Source of the DNA: a virus
Length of the DNA: 43,653 nt
Virus record (IMG/VR): IMGVR_UViG_3300001919_000032
Coordinates: 1 to 43,653 of that record
Direction: 5' to 3' (one strand)
Made by a program: the position numbers and the translations under genes. The notes under the pieces were generated by a model. The model ran no database searches. It was not told where the DNA came from and was given only the letters and a program-made list of their open reading frames with translations. Below, in pieces: positions 41,891 through 43,653 of the stretch. Position 1 is the first letter of the stretch, and each line of letters opens with the position of its first letter.

Positions 41891-42315
41891 TAATTGTTTA
41901 CTGTTGAAAGATCGAACTGGCTGCCGATGGCAATGAGAGCGTTTTCTATCGCTTCCATGCTTGCCTTGTCCTGAGACATATCGGTGAGCCTGGAAGCATT
42001 GGCCTGAGGGATGTTCAGTTTTCTCGCCAGCTCATTGACGCCGACGCCTTTTTCGATCATTTTGTTCCAGAGAAGAATCTTTGCCTGAATGCGAGCGGGA
42101 ACATAAATGTAATGCTCACCTTTCGCTTTAGGCATGGGGATGGGTTTTCTGTTTTTCCTGTATAGCAGATACATCATCCCAGGAAGGGCGTCACACATGA
42201 AGTCGAGGGCCTCTGATTCCGTGGCGAATTCGTCTGATATGGAGGCACCGAGGTCTTCGCTTTCAGCCTTGAACTTGCCGTTTGGAAGTTTTGTAAGTTT
42301 TACTGCGTATCTCAT
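41890..42315 (-). CDS. HicB-like antitoxin with C-terminal HTH (copy 2)
   Basis: MRYAVKLTKLPNGKFKAESEDLGASISDEFATESEALDFMCDAL ... VPARIQAKILLWNKM ... is a clear paralogue of 24805..25227. Confidence 0.7.
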   Translation of the reverse strand: MRYAVKLTKLPNGKFKAESEDLGASISDEFATESEALDFMCDALPGMMYLLYRKNRKPIPMPKAKGEHYIYVPARIQAKILLWNKMIEKGVGVNELARKLNIPQANASRLTDMSQDKASMEAIENALIAIGSQFDLSTVNN

Positions 42316-42381
42316 AAAATGCTCCTTGGAGGTGCTTGCTTCGGTGGATGGTGCCCCCCGGTTTCCCGGGGGCTTGCGGTG

Positions 42382-42504
42382 CTACTTCTTACGGGGCTCC
42401 GCTTTCCGTTCTTCGGTTGTTTCCTTCGTGATCTCTATCTTGACTTTGAGGATCTTGAGATTGATCTCGAAGGAGAACTTCCGCACTACCTTTGTTTCAT
42501 CCAC
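42382..42504 (-). CDS. 40-aa basic ORF upstream of HicB-like copy 2 (GTG start)
   Basis: An AGGAGGTG SD is present. Product: MDETKVVRKFSFEINLKILKVKIEITKETTEERKAEPRKK. Same 123-nt length as 25289..25411, with a shared R-x-F...INL core. Confidence 0.4.
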   Translation of the reverse strand: MDETKVVRKFSFEINLKILKVKIEITKETTEERKAEPRKK

Positions 42505-42593
42505 TAAGCATCACCTCCTTTCTGATTCATATAATATCATAAAAAACTATCAACGATATTATAATATGGTATTATATTGATTTAAAGCAAGCC

Positions 42594-42824
42594 ATGACCG
42601 TGCTGAACATAGATATCGAAAAAGAACTTAACGATCTGTCTTCTCGCCTGGCAATCGTTGAAAAAGACCTTCAGGCAAAAGAATATCGAGAGCAAAAGAC
42701 GATAGAAGAACAGGCGAAAAGATCGGAGAGAAGGCAGAGCACGTTTGTCGGCTTCCTCTGGGGGCTTTGTCTTGGCCTTGGTGTAATGCTTGTTCTGTTT
42801 TGGGCTAAGAAAACAGGTATTTAA
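42594..42824 (+). CDS. Small coiled-coil protein with C-terminal TM segment
   Basis: 76 aa; ...FVGFLWGLCLGLGVMLVLFW. Divergent from the HicB-like operon. An antisense ORF (42582..42833) overlaps it. Confidence 0.4.
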   Translation: MTVLNIDIEKELNDLSSRLAIVEKDLQAKEYREQKTIEEQAKRSERRQSTFVGFLWGLCLGLGVMLVLFWAKKTGI

Positions 42825-43152
42825 TACCCTCACTTATAAAAACAACAATAAGTGCAACAGGCCCCGCAACGAAGAGGCTTGTTCTTCTTGTCTGTTGAGC
42901 TCTTCTTTCCGCTTCGACCTTGGACTCCATAGCTATTTGCCTTTGTAGTATTTCGTTTTGCTTGTTAATTCTTTCAAGAGCTTGAATCAAGGAGAAAGCA
43001 AACGATCTTGCGCTGTCGTCAACACTGCCGGCCATTTGACGTGCGGCGTCGCCAACAAAGTTGTTGGAAAACGGATTGGCTTTGATTAAGGTTTGAAACA
43101 GGCAGGCGGATGCGTAGTTAATAAGCTCTTTTTCGTGGTCTGTGATTGCCAT
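42805..43152 (-). CDS. Hypothetical protein with C-terminal TM segment
   Basis: 115 aa; ...LFVAGPVALIVVFISEGI. An SD (aaggag) lies upstream of the ATG at 43152. Confidence 0.45.
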   Translation of the reverse strand: MAITDHEKELINYASACLFQTLIKANPFSNNFVGDAARQMAGSVDDSARSFAFSLIQALERINKQNEILQRQIAMESKVEAERRAQQTRRTSLFVAGPVALIVVFISEGIKYLFS

Positions 43153-43179
43153 TCTTAAACTCCTTTATTTCGTGACAGT

Positions 43180-43566
43180 ATGCCCTTGCTTCATGTCTGC
43201 TCTTATCCCGGCTGCCAGGCGGCCATACCTCTGACCGACAAGTACTGCGCACGGCACAAGGAGAAGGGAAAAGCACTGGCTGCCGACCGCGAGGCACGGA
43301 GAAAGAGATTCAAGGGGACAGCTTCGCAACGTGGCTACGGTTCGAAGTGGCGAAGACTGCGGTCCCAGTTCCTTAAGTCTCATCCTCTCTGTGAGGAGTG
43401 CAAGCGGCAAGGCCTGCTGACTAAAGCCACGGATGTTGATCACATAATTCCGCATCGTGGCGACCCAAAGCTCATGTGGGAGCAGAGCAACTGGCAGGCT
43501 CTGTGCCACGAATGTCACAGCCGCAAGACCGCTAAAGAAAACGGCGGCTTCGGCAATCCGATTTGA
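43180..43566 (+). CDS. HNH endonuclease (terminase-associated)
   Basis: ...DVDHIIPHRGDPKLMWEQSNWQALCHECHSRKT is the HNH motif. The N-terminal CSYPGC...CARH forms Cys pairs. It sits directly upstream of terS. Confidence 0.85.
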   Translation: MPLLHVCSYPGCQAAIPLTDKYCARHKEKGKALAADREARRKRFKGTASQRGYGSKWRRLRSQFLKSHPLCEECKRQGLLTKATDVDHIIPHRGDPKLMWEQSNWQALCHECHSRKTAKENGGFGNPI

Positions 43567-43591
43567 GGGGGTAGGGGGATCAAATTTTGAA

Positions 43592-43610
43592 CTCGAGACC
43601 CCTCGAGACC
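43592..43610. repeat. Direct repeat CTCGAGACC x2 (10-bp phasing) in the HNH-terS spacer
   Basis: aCTCGAGACCcCTCGAGACC; this may be part of the packaging (cos) region. Confidence 0.35.
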
Positions 43611-43619
43611 GCGCCCTTA

Positions 43620-43653
43620 GCCTTTTTTTTGCGCACGAACATCGATTTTTTGA
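43620..43653. repeat. Terminal direct repeat, right copy (identical to 1..34)
   Basis: Exact 34-nt identity with the left end of the window. Confidence 0.9.

Larger units (their letters stand above)
1..43653. mobile_element. Complete temperate phage genome (HK97-type head, Mu-like contractile tail), circularly permuted contig
   Basis: All modules are present: packaging, head, tail, lysis, attP/integrase, CI/Cro switch, replication and Q. The two ends carry an identical 34-bp overlap. Confidence 0.85.

Noticed and set aside
42582-42833. 83-aa minus-strand ORF overlapping 42594..42824.
   Set aside because: It lacks an obvious SD, and its product is low-complexity (Lys/Phe/Leu-rich). The plus-strand ORF has a coiled-coil + TM organisation. 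It is kept only as an alternative in the finding.

Overview
The window looks like a complete, circularly permuted genome of a temperate contractile-tailed phage. Bases 1..34 are identical to 43620..43653, and an internal attP-like site sits next to the integrase, so this is not an attL/attR-bounded prophage. The plus strand carries HNH, terS and terL, an HK97-type head module, a Mu-like sheath/tube/tape-measure/baseplate module (gp43 to gp48 equivalents), two tail-fibre loci and a lysis cassette (holin-like protein, SAR-type GH24 endolysin, embedded Rz/Rz1, implying a Gram-negative host). Next come a HicB-like module, attP (a tRNA 3' fragment flanked by GCCACAA arm repeats) and a P4-type tyrosine integrase. 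The minus-strand early/lysogeny block includes AlpA/Xis-like, DUF3310-like, dUTPase, Gp157, Sak4-like ATPase, an SSB-like protein, an orphan ParA-like ATPase, small membrane proteins and an S24 CI repressor. It is followed by a plus-strand Cro-like gene, a replication initiator with internal iterons, a DnaB-like helicase, a DUF1064-like gene, a Q-like antiterminator and a moron region. The most unusual feature is the distal tail-fibre locus (18823..23219). It holds three tandem paralogues, each with an Mtd-like N-terminal domain, LSQLTNDxGY repeats and a C-terminal tail that is about 25-33% cysteine in C-x-x triads and C-x-x-V-(Q/N) pentads. These are followed by an unknown 296-aa protein and two radical-SAM enzymes that carry full SPASM cysteine motifs. 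I interpret this as a candidate RiPP-like (thioether or cyclophane) maturation system acting on phage fibre-tip proteins. Other points of interest are duplicated HicB-like modules preceded by a 40-aa ORF instead of HicA, a duplicated hairpin plus mini membrane ORF cassette, several AT-rich morons, and a probable -2/+1 tail-chaperone frameshift. All family assignments come from motif recognition by eye; no database search was run.
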